From: Chiloscyllium plagiosum | Taxonomy: Eukaryota | Direction of reading: 5' to 3' | Length of the DNA: 64,000 bases | NCBI RefSeq assembly: GCF_004010195.1 | Contig: NC_057719.1 | Coordinates: 79,221,678-79,285,677 of the forward strand | Shown here: positions 53,151 to 64,000 of the stretch, in pieces | Layout of the letters: every line of letters starts with the position of its first letter | Numbering within the stretch: the stretch's first letter is position 1 | Translations under genes and position numbers: made by a program | Notes under the pieces: generated by a model | Told to the model about the DNA's origin: nothing | Database searches by the model: none | Seen by the model: only the letters and a program-made list of their open reading frames with translations

Positions 53151-54039
53151 ATCATTGAAAGGTTGGTCAACAAGGTCAGAAAAGAACAAACACTCATTCG
53201 GTTATGTTTCTTGATGATAGAGTTAAAATGTACGGTTGTTCTGCAACACCTTATTAAACTTGGTTAGATCACCAGTCCCCCCACCCCATACGCCATGCAA
53301 TTAGAATCGTTGAGTCTTTACAGCTCAGATGAAGCTCTTTTGACCCATTATCTTCATACCGACCCTTCCAACGAGCAATTCAGCACTACCATTCTGGTTA
53401 CCATGTTATCAAAAGCATATGGGGCACAGGAAAGGATGGGTGGGTTTCCTCCAGGAGTCTGGTTTCCTCCCCAAGTCCAAAGATATGTCAGTTATGGGTA
53501 ATTTAGCATGGCCAATCCAGCGAGTGTGCAGGCGAGGTGGGTTAGCCACATGAAATGCATGGTTAAAGATGGAGTGGGTCTGGCTGGGGTGCTCTTTGGA
53601 AGGTCAGTGTAGACATAATGAGCTGAATGGTCTGCTTCCACACTGTAGGGATTCTATGACACCAGAAATGTGTGGGTTTACAAATCAGGAAAGGATTGAT
53701 ATGATGAAAGAAGGCTGAGGGATGACTTTGCAGAGTTCTTTAATGTTATGGTGGTTTTGATAGAATGGTTTGTGACCTGAACACAATTTATCGTCAGGGT
53801 GAAGGGGTAGGTGAAAGGTGTTTCCATCCTCTTTGGGTTTTGACCAATAGTTGCTCAGTGGCAATGACAAATGCCAAGAACCTCCACATAATCTGTTTAC
53901 AAAAGAATAGATGTAATTCTAGAGTGGATTACATATTTGAGAGGTTTCCTGACTGGTCCATTTCAATGTTTTTTTAGGGCTAGATTGCCTGTCTCCCACA
54001 TTTTCTGGGAGAATCCCACACTCTGTGTTGGTGAGGATG

Positions 54040-54480
54040 ATCCAGCCCTGTACCCCAAGTTACATAAGGATGTAGCACACTACATAGGGAACTATAGTTT
54101 GCAGGAGAAAGTGAGGGCTGCAGATGCTGGAGATCAGAGCTGAAAATGTGTTGCTGGAAAACTCCTGTTCCTTGGATGCTGCCTGACCTGCTGCGCTTTT
54201 CCAGCAACACATTTTCAACTATAGTTTACACCCAAAATAATCCAGACAGTTTGCTCGAGAGGGAGAACTGAGACACACCCATCCAGTGGAAGGGCCCTGG
54301 GCAAATCTACAAATTAGCTATGTAGATGCCTTTCCATCATGTAGATAAATCCATTCCTACATCATAGACACCTTCACAAAATGGTCAAGGCTTTTCCTGT
54401 TGGGACAAATACAGCCAAAACAACTGCACAAATTCCAATGCAACGGCTGTCTACAAGGCAGGGTCTACCCTGCAATATAA
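54040..54480 (+). pseudogene. Retroviral integrase relic, interrupted by a Penelope-derived insert (54101-54216, TSD AACTATAGTTT)
   Basis: Across frameshifts: YPKLHKDVAHYIGN..; RHTHPVEGPWANLQI; IIDTFTKW..AFPVGTNTAKTTAQI....TRQGLPCNI. Confidence 0.75.
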
Positions 54481-55206
54481 TGGGGATATATGGATAATGA
54501 CTCATATCTGTGCATTAATCAAATCATCAGATCATCCACATCATTGTGGGTTGTTTATGTGGGAGCTTGCTGTGTGCAAATTAACTGCTGCGTTTCCTCC
54601 ATTTCCACTGCATTTCATTGGCTTTGAAGTGTTTTGGGACATCCTGGAGTTGTGACAGAAGCTGTACAAGTGCAAATTATTTTCTTTGTTCACATTTCTT
54701 CAGCATTACAAGTCCCTTTTAGAGTGGTCTCCCAGTTACCTACCTTGCACTGCGAGTGATGCTGGGAAGTCTCAGTTTGGTCTTTTAGCTGCAAGCTCTT
54801 GCCTGCTCCCCTCCAATAGTCAGGAAAGTTGACTCTGTGCCAGTTAAGGGAAAAATCTTGATCATAATTCCGGACAACACTTGGCTCCCCTCCCCCGGCC
54901 CCCTTTCTCCCCCCACCCTAATTTAATGGGCCTCCATTTTACTTGTAGCGAGAGTGGAGAGAACGAGGACCGGGGGCTGCTGGGAAGGTAAAGAAACCAT
55001 GTAAAAAGCTGATATATTTGGGCAGTGGCTGAACCTGAGACACTAGCCGTGTAGTGTCTTTCAGCCGCCGCCCTCCTCTAACCAAAACAAAAGGGACTCT
55101 GTAGTGTGTCGATAAGGTGAGGATTTTGGTAAGTTAAGGTCACTCAAGGTGGAAGCTCAGGGACACTGCTGATGTCCCTGGCTCCTTCACATGCAAGAAG
55201 TGTGTC

Positions 55207-55631
55207 TGTTAAAGTTCGCTTGGCTTTCCTACTAAAAACAAGAGAACAAGGAAAAATTTAAAAGTATTAAAGATCCTTTATTGATTGCTTCTCACCACAT
55301 GGCAGGGGAGCCCAGCAATCCCGAGTGTGTGTTTACACACTAAGCAGTGCTGCAAGCGGTCTCCCGTGTGTGCTTACTCAAACCAAGGCTTTTTATACTT
55401 TTTTTTAGAAAAAAGAGGTGTTGCGTGTGCAACTGCCCCCAATTCAGTTACTGCTGGGACATGCTGGGATGAGCATGTCCCAGCATTCATTATCTTGCTG
55501 TTCCTTGTTTCTTTATTTTCGTTGTTTACACTTCGCCATGTGAAAGCTAACCACACCCTGCCCCCGACACCATTTTGTTTAACATATCAGTTATATCCGT
55601 TTCAAGCAAGCTAAAATGTACCATTCTTACA
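55207..55631 (-). mobile_element. 3' LTR (425 bp) of an env-bearing retroelement
   Basis: Minus strand TGTAAG...TTAACA, preceded by a polypurine tract (55632-55649); TATAAA 55397-55392, AATAAA 55282-55277. Confidence 0.85.
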
Positions 55632-55669
55632 TTCCCCCTCCCCCCCTTTGATGATTCCATAATCACATA

Positions 55670-56459
55670 TCAAAAAGGTCGTCGGTGGGAAATAATACCG
55701 TGCAAGCATTTAAGCAAAACTAGAACCCCTACAAGCAACAGAATAATAGAGGCGTAATGACTGATCATGCCGCAGAAATTGCCCAGTAAGTTAAAAGGCT
55801 ACCATCCCACAGAGGGGCCCTCCTGCTTTCCTTCAATGTAGATTTTTATGGTTTCTATCTCTCGGGTCACATTGTAATAGGAGTCGGTGGAATTAGTAAT
55901 GCACATGTTACTAATCATCTTACATACACCACCCTCCTTAGCCAACAGGTAATCTAAGGCAAAACGGTTTTGTAAGGCAAAGAGTTGCAATCCCCTGAGT
56001 TCCTTATCCATGCTATTGAGGGCCTTGGCGGTGGCGTTTCCTAGGATGGTGAGGCCACAGATTTAGAAAGTTTCGGTTCTTGGCGACTATCACTCCTGCT
56101 GACCCACCAAGACTGAGGGTACCTAGGAAACTGTACCCCATGGAGAACCCAAGGGTCTTAGGATCCTTCCACTGCTCACAGAATTCCTTGGAGATACATC
56201 GGGACGAAAGTCTATGAGGGACTTTGATATCATAAGGACAGGGAATGGTCACTGGTCCGATGGTGCCAATGGCAAATCGGGTGGGGAGCTTCCCAACAGT
56301 GGTAGCATAGGTACCGTTGAACATGAACACATATCCACCAGATAATTGGTAACAAGGGGAATTTATGGAGAATTTCACCCTAGAATGACCCACCTCGAGC
56401 CAATTGGTACGTGACCATTGCTCTTTGGGATTATGATTTTTGATGAGGAAGGACCAGTT
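55670..56459 (-). pseudogene. env: Envelope glycoprotein remnant (end of SU + complete TM), one frameshift near 56063 and one premature TAG at 55801-55799
   Basis: LQNRFALDYLLAKEGGVC immunosuppressive-domain motif, CX6C, heptads, TM helix IILLLVGVLVLL, followed by PPT and LTR. Confidence 0.92.
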
Positions 56460-57021
56460 CTACACAAAGAAGTTAGGAGCCAAGTTAAAAAGTAGGACCT
56501 CAGAGGTCGTAATCTCAGGATTGCTACCAGTGCCATGTGTGAGTCAGAGTAGGAATGCGAGAATATTCAGGATGAATGGGTGGATTGAGAGATGGTACAG
56601 AAGATTGGGGTTCAGACCTTTGGGACATTGGGACCAGTTTCTGGGGGACGTGGGACTATTACACAGTGAATGGTCTACACCTGGGCTGGACTGGAACCAA
56701 TGTCCTTGGGGGTGCTTTTGCTAACACTTGGGGAAGGTTTAAACTAATGTGGCAGGGTGATGGAAACTAAATGAGGAGGTTAGTGGACAGGAAGAAGGTA
56801 GTAATTAAAGTCTGTAAGGAACTAAATAATAAAGTCAGCGTGACTAAGGGGAAGAGTGTAGGCAGGAAGCAGAGGATGAATGCAGAGGGACTGGTGGTCT
56901 GAGGTGCATTTGTTTTAATGAAAGAAGTGTAGTAGGTAAGGCAAATGAACCTAGGGCTTGGATTAGTACAAGGGAGTATGATGTTATTGCTATTACTGAG
57001 ATTTGGTTGAGGGAAGGGCAT

Positions 57022-57337
57022 GGGGCGGCATGGTGGCTCAGTGGTTAGCACTGCTGCCTCACAGCACCAGGGTCCCAGGTTCGATTCCAGCCTCGGGTGC
57101 CTGTCTGTGTGGAGTTTGCACATTCTCTCCGTGTCTGTGTGGGGTTTCCTCCGGGTGCTCCGGTTTCCTCCCACAGTTACAAAGATGTGCAGGTTAGGTG
57201 AATTGGCCATGCTAAATTGCTCATAGTATTAGGTGCATTAGTTAGAGGTCTGGGTGGGTTACTCTTCAGAGGGTCGGTGTGGACTGGTTGGGCCGAAGGG
57301 CCTGTTTCCACATTGTAGGGAATCTAATCTAATCTAA
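57022..57337 (+). mobile_element. HE1-type SINE inside the CR1 endonuclease region
   Basis: A/B boxes, (AATCT)n tail. Confidence 0.9.
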
Positions 57338-60300
57338 ATGTCCCATGATATCGATGGTTCAGATGGGATAGAGAGGGAGGTAAAAGGGAGGGAGGAGGAG
57401 TTGCCTGACTGGAAGAAGATGATATCACAGCTGTGCTGAAGGAGGGCACTATAGAGGACTCGAGCAGTGAGGCAGTATGGGCAGAGCTCAGAAATAGGAA
57501 GGGTGTGGTAACAATGTTGGGGCTGTAGTACAGGCCTCCCAGCAGCACGCGTGAGATAGAGGTACAAATCTGTAGAGAGATCATAGAAAGGTACAGGAAC
57601 AATAGGGTGGTGATAGAGATTTTATTTTTCCCAACATTGACTGAGATTAGTATTAGAGGATTCAATGAAGCGGAATTTCTAAGGAGCATCCAGGAGGATT
57701 TTCTAGAGCAGTATGTAAGTAGTCTAACTCGTGAAAGGTCCATACTGGACCTGGTGTTAAGAAATGAGCCCAGCCAGGTGATTGAAGCTTCAGTGGGGGA
57801 TTACTTTGGGAATAGTGATCACAATTCCATAAGTTTTAAGATACTCATGGACAAAGATGAGAGTGGTCCTAAAGGAAGAGTTCTAAATTGGGGAAAGTCC
57901 AGCTATACCAAAATTCGGCAGGAGCTGGGGAATGGAGATTGGGAGCAGCTGTTTGAAGGGAAATCCATATTCAATATGGGGGAGGCTTTGAAAAATGGTT
58001 GCTAAGAGTTCAGGAGAGATATGTTCCGGTGAAAATGAGGGATAGAAATGGCAAGATTAGGGAACCGTGGATGACAAGTGAAATTGTGAGACTAGCTAAG
58101 AGGAAAAAGGAAGTGTACGTAAGGTCTAAACTACTGAAGTCAAACAAAGCTTTGGAAGAATATCGGGAATGTAGGACCAATCTGAAATGAGGAATTAAAA
58201 GGGCTAAAAGACGTCATGAGATATCCTTAGCGAGCAGGGTTAAGGAAAACCCCAAAGCCTTTTATTCATATATAAGGAGCAAGTGGGTAACGAGGGAAAG
58301 GCTTGGCCCACTCAAGGACAAAGGAGGAAAGTTGTACGTGGAGTCAGAGAAACTGAGTGAGATTCTTAATGAGTACTTTGCATCGGTATTCACTGAGGAG
58401 AAGGACATAGCGGATGTTGAGGTTAGGGATGGATTTTTGATTACCCTAGATGAAGTTGGCATAAGGAGAGAGGATGTGTTGTGTATTCTAAAAGGCATTA
58501 AGGTGGACAAGTCCCCAGGACCGATGGGATCTATCTCCGGTTACTGAGGGAAGTGAGAGCGGAAATAACTGGGGCTTAAACAGATATCTTTGCAGCATCC
58601 TTGAAAACGGGGTGAGTCCCAGAGGACTGGAGAATTGCTGATGTCCCCTTGTTTAAGAAGGGTAGCAGGGATAATCCAGGTAATTACAGACCTGTAAGCC
58701 AGCGTCAGTGGTAGGGAAGCTACTGGAGAAGGTATTAAGGGATAGGATACATACCCATTTAGAAGAAAATGGGCTTATTAGTGATAGGCAGCACGGTTTT
58801 GTACAGGGAAGGTCATGTCCTACAAATCTAATAGAATGCTTTGAAGAGTTGACAAAGTTGATTGGTGAGGGAAGGGATGTAGATGGACTTTAGTAAGGCA
58901 TTTGATAAGGTTCCCCATCATAGGCTGATTAAAAAGGTGAAGTCTCGTGAGGTCCAGGGTGATGTAGCTAGATGGATAGAGAACTAGTTGGACAATAGGA
59001 GACAGTAGTCGTGGAAGGGAGCTTCTCAAAATGGAGACCTGTGACCAGTGGTGTTACACAGGGATCCATGCTGGGACCACTGTTTGTGATATATATAAAT
59101 GATTTGGAGGAAGGTGTAGGTTGTCTCATTAGCAAGTTTGTAGATGACACTAAGATTGGTGGAGTAGCAGAAAGTGAAAGGGACTGTCTGAGAATATAGA
59201 TAGATAGATAGATTGGAGAGCTGGGCAGATGGAGTTCAATCTGGACAAATGCGAGGTGATACATGTTGGAAGATGCAATTCCAGAGTGATCTATGCAGTC
59301 AATGGAGAAGTCCTGGGGAAAATTGATGTACGGAGAGATCTGGGTGTTCAGGTCCATTGTTCCCTGAAGGTGACAACGCAGGTCAGTAGAGTGATCAAGA
59401 AGGCAGACAGCATGCTTTTCTTCATCGGATGGGGTATTGAGTACAAGAGTTGGCAGGTCATGTTACAGTTGCATAAGATTTTGGTTCAGCCAAATTTGGA
59501 ATACTGCATACAATTCTGGTCGCCACATTACCAAAAGGATGTGGTTGTTTTGGAGAGGATGTGGAGGAGGTTCACCAGGATGTTGCCTGGTAAGGAGGGT
59601 GCTAGCTATGATGAAAGGTTGAGTAGATTAGGACTGTTTTCAATAGAAAGATGGGAGTTGAGGGGGGAACCTGATTGAGGCCTACAAAATCATGTGAGGT
59701 GTAGACAGGGTGGATAGCAAGAAACTTTTTCCCAGAGTGGAGGATTCAATTACTAGGGGTCATGAGTTAAAAGTGAGAGGAGAGAAGTTTAGGGGAAATA
59801 AACGTGGAAAGTTCTTTACACAGTAGGTGATGGGTGCCTGGGATGCATTGCCAGCGGAGATGGTTGGGGCGGGAACAATAGCATCATTTAAGATGTATCT
59901 GTCCAGATGCATGAATGGGCAGGGAGCAGAGGGATACAGATCCTTAGCAAATAGATGGCAGATTTAGATAGAGTATCTAGATTGGCGCAGGCTTGGAGGG
60001 CCGTAGGGCCTGTTGCTGTGCTCAAATGTTCCTTGTTCACCCATCCAGCCTCTTCTCTGGCTGCTGTCATGGTTCAACTTCAGCGCACTGTCTTGGCACT
60101 AGGTCTTAGATTTGTCAGGGATGCCTTTGAGATCACCTGCTGCAGTAGGTGGGGAGCACAAGGTGATCTATTCCTTTATTGAAAGTGAAATCACACAGCT
60201 CTGTATCTGGAGGAAGTGGGAAATGCAGGCACCGATGCAACATTTAAAAGACACTTGGACAGGTAAGTGAATAGGAAAGGTTTAGAGGGTATGGGCCAAG

Positions 60301-61202
60301 TGCAGGCAAGTGGGACTAGTTTAGTTTGGAAAACTTGCTCGTCATTGATGAGTTGGACTGAAGGGAATGTTTCCAAGCTTCTGATTCTATGACTAGCTGG
60401 GTTCAGCATGCAATTAGATCATGGCAATCTGCACCTAAGGTTCCCTGAAGCTTGTAATGCCTTGGGGAGCCTGAATCACAAGCCAATGCTTCAAAAGCCT
60501 TGGCCTCAGAGTCCCTTCTTGAAACTCTTGGCCTACTTGACCTTTGCCCTGCTCTTGTCCTCGCTTTCCCAACTCTCCTGTTCAACAGGTTCTGGTTCTT
60601 TCCATACCCAGGCTATTCCCACATGAGTGCACTGCCAGCGGAAACATTTATATCCATAGCAACCAGGATTTCACAGGAAACGAGGAGAAGGGAGACAGGC
60701 CAAGACAAGCAATCGTGCACTTTGAAACTGCACCATGACAACCGACATTTAGCTTTGCACGAAGCAGCTGGGCTTGGGGCAAAATACAGTTTGTTTTAGA
60801 TCCACGACTTAGAACTGGCACAGATTTGAGGACTGATTAATATTCAATCCCAGACCAACCTGCAGCTTGTTTTAATAGGAAATTGAGCCCATTGCGCCAT
60901 TTGTAATTGGGATCCCAGGAGCAGATACTGGGAACTCTTCACCCGGTGTCAGTGAAGAGACAGTAAAATGTCACACAGCGGAGAGCGGCACACAGATCTT
61001 ACACTCTGCAATCCTGGTCAACACACTAATGCACGTTAATAAGTAAATCCCACAGAATCATCAGGAAGCAAGATAGTGTAATAGATTCTGATAAGCTGCA
61101 ACACTGCTCCCATATAGGCACATGTATACAATATACAAGCATGTGTATTTATGGAGTGCCTTTAATATAATAAAATGCTGAAATATTTAAATATTATTAA
61201 AA

Positions 61203-61545
61203 GGGCAACACGGTGGCTCAGTGGTTAGCACTGCTGCATCCCAGATCCAGCTTCAAGTCCACCCTCTGTCGCCTGTCTGTGTGGAGTTTGCACGTTCTCC
61301 CCGCATCTGCGTGGGTTTCCTCCGGGTGTTCTGGTTTCCTCACACAGTCCAAAGATGTGCAGGTCAGGTGGTTTGGCCATGCTAAATTACCAATAGTGTC
61401 CAGGGCTATGCAGGCTCGGTGGATTAGCCGTGGGAAATGCAGGGTTACATGGATAGGCTGGGTCTGGGTGAGATGCTCTTTGGAAAGTTGGGGTGGACTC
61501 AATGGGCTGAATGCCCTGTTTCTACAGTGTAAGGATTTTATGATT
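61203..61545 (+). mobile_element. HE1-type SINE
   Basis: A box, V domain, tail. Confidence 0.85.
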
Positions 61546-61767
61546 CATTATCAAACAAAATTTGACACACATACATGAGGTGAGAGCGACTGCCTTTGAC
61601 GTCAAGGCCACATTTGACAGGGTGTGGCTTCAAAGAGCCTTGGTAAAAATGGAATCGACGAGGATCGGGTATCGTAGGAAACTTTACCCAGGACAAAAGA
61701 AGACAGTTGTGGATGTCACAGCTTAACCATTTCAGTCCCACGACTTCACTCCTGGAGTTAGCATCAA

Positions 61768-62078
61768 AGAATCCCTACGGTGCAGAAAGAGGCGATTCAG
61801 CCCATAGAGTCTACACTGACCGTCTGACAAATATCCCACTAAGGCACAGCGCCAACCCCACACCTGTAACCATGCATTTCCTGTGGCTAACCCACCTAGC
61901 CTGCACATCCCTGCCACTATGGGTGATTTACCATGGCCAAACCACCTAACCTGCACATCTTTGCACTGTGGGAGGAAACCGCAGCACCCGGGAGAAACCC
62001 ATGTAGACACTGGGAGAATGTGCACGCTCCACACAGACAGTCGCCCAGGGCTGGGATCAAATCCGGGTCCCTGGCACC
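61768..62078 (-). mobile_element. HE1-type SINE
   Basis: V domain and B box on the minus strand. Confidence 0.85.
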
Positions 62079-62618
62079 GTTTCTCGGAAAAAGTATTTTA
62101 AAATCACCCACCCTTTGGGGAGATCCCAGGAGCAGACCCACCCTCTGAAGTGCCGGAGCAGAACAGGCTGCAGCGAATTATCCGGAAAGGAAGCATTGGT
62201 TGTGCTCTCGCCAGCTCTTCAGCTGGTGTCCTAGACTCCTCTTGACTTCACTCAGGACAAAAGAAATGGCAGCGCAGACTAGATGGGCTGAAAGGTCTAA
62301 TTCTGCTACTACTGTGGTCATTTGTGAAAGAGAGCTGGGATCTGGGATTTATAAATGCAGGGAATGCTCATTTCTTTCATGAGACCCACATCCAGCACAG
62401 AGGTGGGTAATATGATCCATACTGTGGTCTGGGTCCCACAGTGATGCCGTCTGAACCCTTACTGTCAGCCATGGCTAAGTCGATATCACTCTCCCCTCCT
62501 GGGTCACAAGGTTCCCATGTTTGAGTCCCACTGTAGGATATTGAGCTCAAAGACACTCCAGCACAGCACTGAGGGGGAGCTGTAGTGTTTGGATGAGACA
62601 TTTAGCTGCGGCCTTGAC

Positions 62619-63725
62619 CAGATGGGCTGTGGTGTGGCAGATGGAGTTTAATTTAGATAAATGTGAGGTGCTGCATTTTGGAAAGGCAAATCAGGGCAGG
62701 ACTTAGATATTTAATGGTAAGGTCTTGGGGAGTGTTGCCGAGCAAAGAGACATTGGAGTGCAGGTTCATAGCTCCTTGAAAATGGAGTCACAGGTAGGTA
62801 GGATGATGAATAAGGCATTTGGTATGCTTTCCTTTGTTGGTCAGTGCATTGAGTATAGGACTTGAGGTTATTTTGTAGCTGTACAGGACATTGGTTAGGC
62901 CACTTTTGGAATACTGTGTTCAGGTCTGGTCTCCCTGCTATAGACAAGGTGTGAAAGGGTTCAGAAAAGATTTGCAAGGATGTTGCCAGGGTTGGAAGGT
63001 TTGAACTACAAGGGGAGGCTGAATATATTGTGTCTATTTTCACTGGAGCTTTGGAGGCTGAGGGCTGACCTTTATAGGGATTTATAAAATTATGTGGGGG
63101 AGTGAATAGGGCAGTACAGTAACCCAGTGGTTAGCACTGCTGCCTCACAGCACCAGGTTCAGTTCCATATTCAAGTACTGCGTGTGTGGAGTTTGCACAT
63201 TCTCCCAGTGTCTGTGTGGGTTTCCCCTGAGTGCTCCAGTTTCCTCTCACAGTGCAAAGATGTGCAGGTTGGGTGGATTGGCCATGAAAAATTGCCTATC
63301 GTATCCAGGGGTGTGTAGGTTAGATGGATTAGCCATTGGACATGCAAGGTCACAGAGATAAAGTGGAGCGGGGGGTGGTGAGTCTGGGTGAGATGTTCTT
63401 GGGAGAGTCAGTGTGGACAAATGACCTGCTTCCACACTGTAGGGATTCTATTGACTATTTATGAATAGGGTGAATAGTCAAGGTCTTTGCCCCAGGGGAG
63501 GGGTGTACAAAACAAGATGGCAAGTTTAAGGGGCAGCGAAAGATTTAAGAAGAATCAGAGGGGCAACCTTTTCATGCAGAGTGTGGTGCATGAGTGGAAT
63601 GAGCTGCCAGAGTAAGTGGTGGAGGCTGGTACAATATGTTAAAGGCATCTGAATGGGTTTAGGATATCTGGTCAGCATGGACGAGTTGGACCGAAGGGTC
63701 TGTTTCCGTACAACTGTATGATTCT
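62619..63725 (+). mobile_element. CR1 3' part with a nested HE1 SINE (63108-63450)
   Basis: WQMEFNLDKCEVLHFG, LVRPLLEYCVQ. Confidence 0.85.
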
Positions 63726-63923
63726 AATCTGCTAACTCAGGTGGATGTTTCAGATACCGTACTGTTAAGAGAAAAGCCAGGTGAGTTATCCTCATTGTCC
63801 CATCCATAATTTATCCTTCAACTGACATTACAAAAACATGTTAGCTGGTCATTGTCACAGTGCTGTTTGGCAGCTTGCTGTGTGTAAGTTTTCACTACAC
63901 TACATTGCTGTAAAGCAATTGGA

Positions 63924-64000
63924 TGGCACGGTGGCTCAGTGGTTAGCACTGCAGCCTCACAGCACCAGGATCTCAGGTTCGATTCCAGCCTCGGGTGGCT
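63924..64000 (+). mobile_element. HE1-type SINE head, cut by the window end
   Basis: GGTGGCTCAGTGG..GGTTCGATTCC. Confidence 0.85.

Larger units (their letters stand above)
54945..60030 (+). mobile_element. Near full-length CR1 LINE (5' UTR, ORF1 zinc finger and esterase, ORF2 APE-RT), interrupted by an ERV remnant and an HE1 SINE
   Basis: WKLRDTADVPGSFTCKKCV at 55158-55206; SRTSEVVISGLLPVP..GLHL from about 56465; ILDLVL, SDHN, QHGF, QGS, FVDDTK in ORF2. Confidence 0.9.

Noticed and set aside
55000..55631. Longer LTR ending at TGTAA (55000)
   Set aside because: 54945-55206 reads as CR1 5' UTR and ORF1, so the LTR boundary is 55207
60395..60800. Coding-looking unique segment
   Set aside because: No frame gave a recognisable protein
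61005..61100. Minus-strand coding exon candidate with GTAAGA donor
   Set aside because: Stops in all three frames, weak acceptor

Overview
Vertebrate genomic DNA, almost certainly a shark or other elasmobranch (many HE1/V-SINEs, CR1/HER1-like LINEs, Deu-domain SINEs), with one assembly gap at 18933-19496. The left end holds the last four coding exons of a SPINT1/HAI-1-like gene (+ strand: linker, Kunitz domain 2, juxtamembrane, TM plus tail, stop at 8845) and a probable long 3' UTR. A CpG-rich promoter at about 22.8 kb (GC box, NRF1 palindrome, strong donor) probably starts a second gene for which I found no coding exon. The rest is repeat-rich. Most notable: (1) a decayed LTR-linked envelope gene (55670-56459, minus) whose transmembrane subunit aligns without gaps to filovirus GP2 as I recall it, with a Cys-flanked internal fusion loop, nested inside a near full-length CR1; (2) about a dozen minimal hammerhead ribozyme motifs of three families, carried on Penelope-derived elements that are often palindromic; (3) an intronless, still-open RGS (R4 family) C-terminal fragment wedged between a LINE and a local duplication; (4) a separate retroviral integrase relic, a clean solo LTR and a Tx1/L1 copy. 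All family assignments are by eye; no searches were run.
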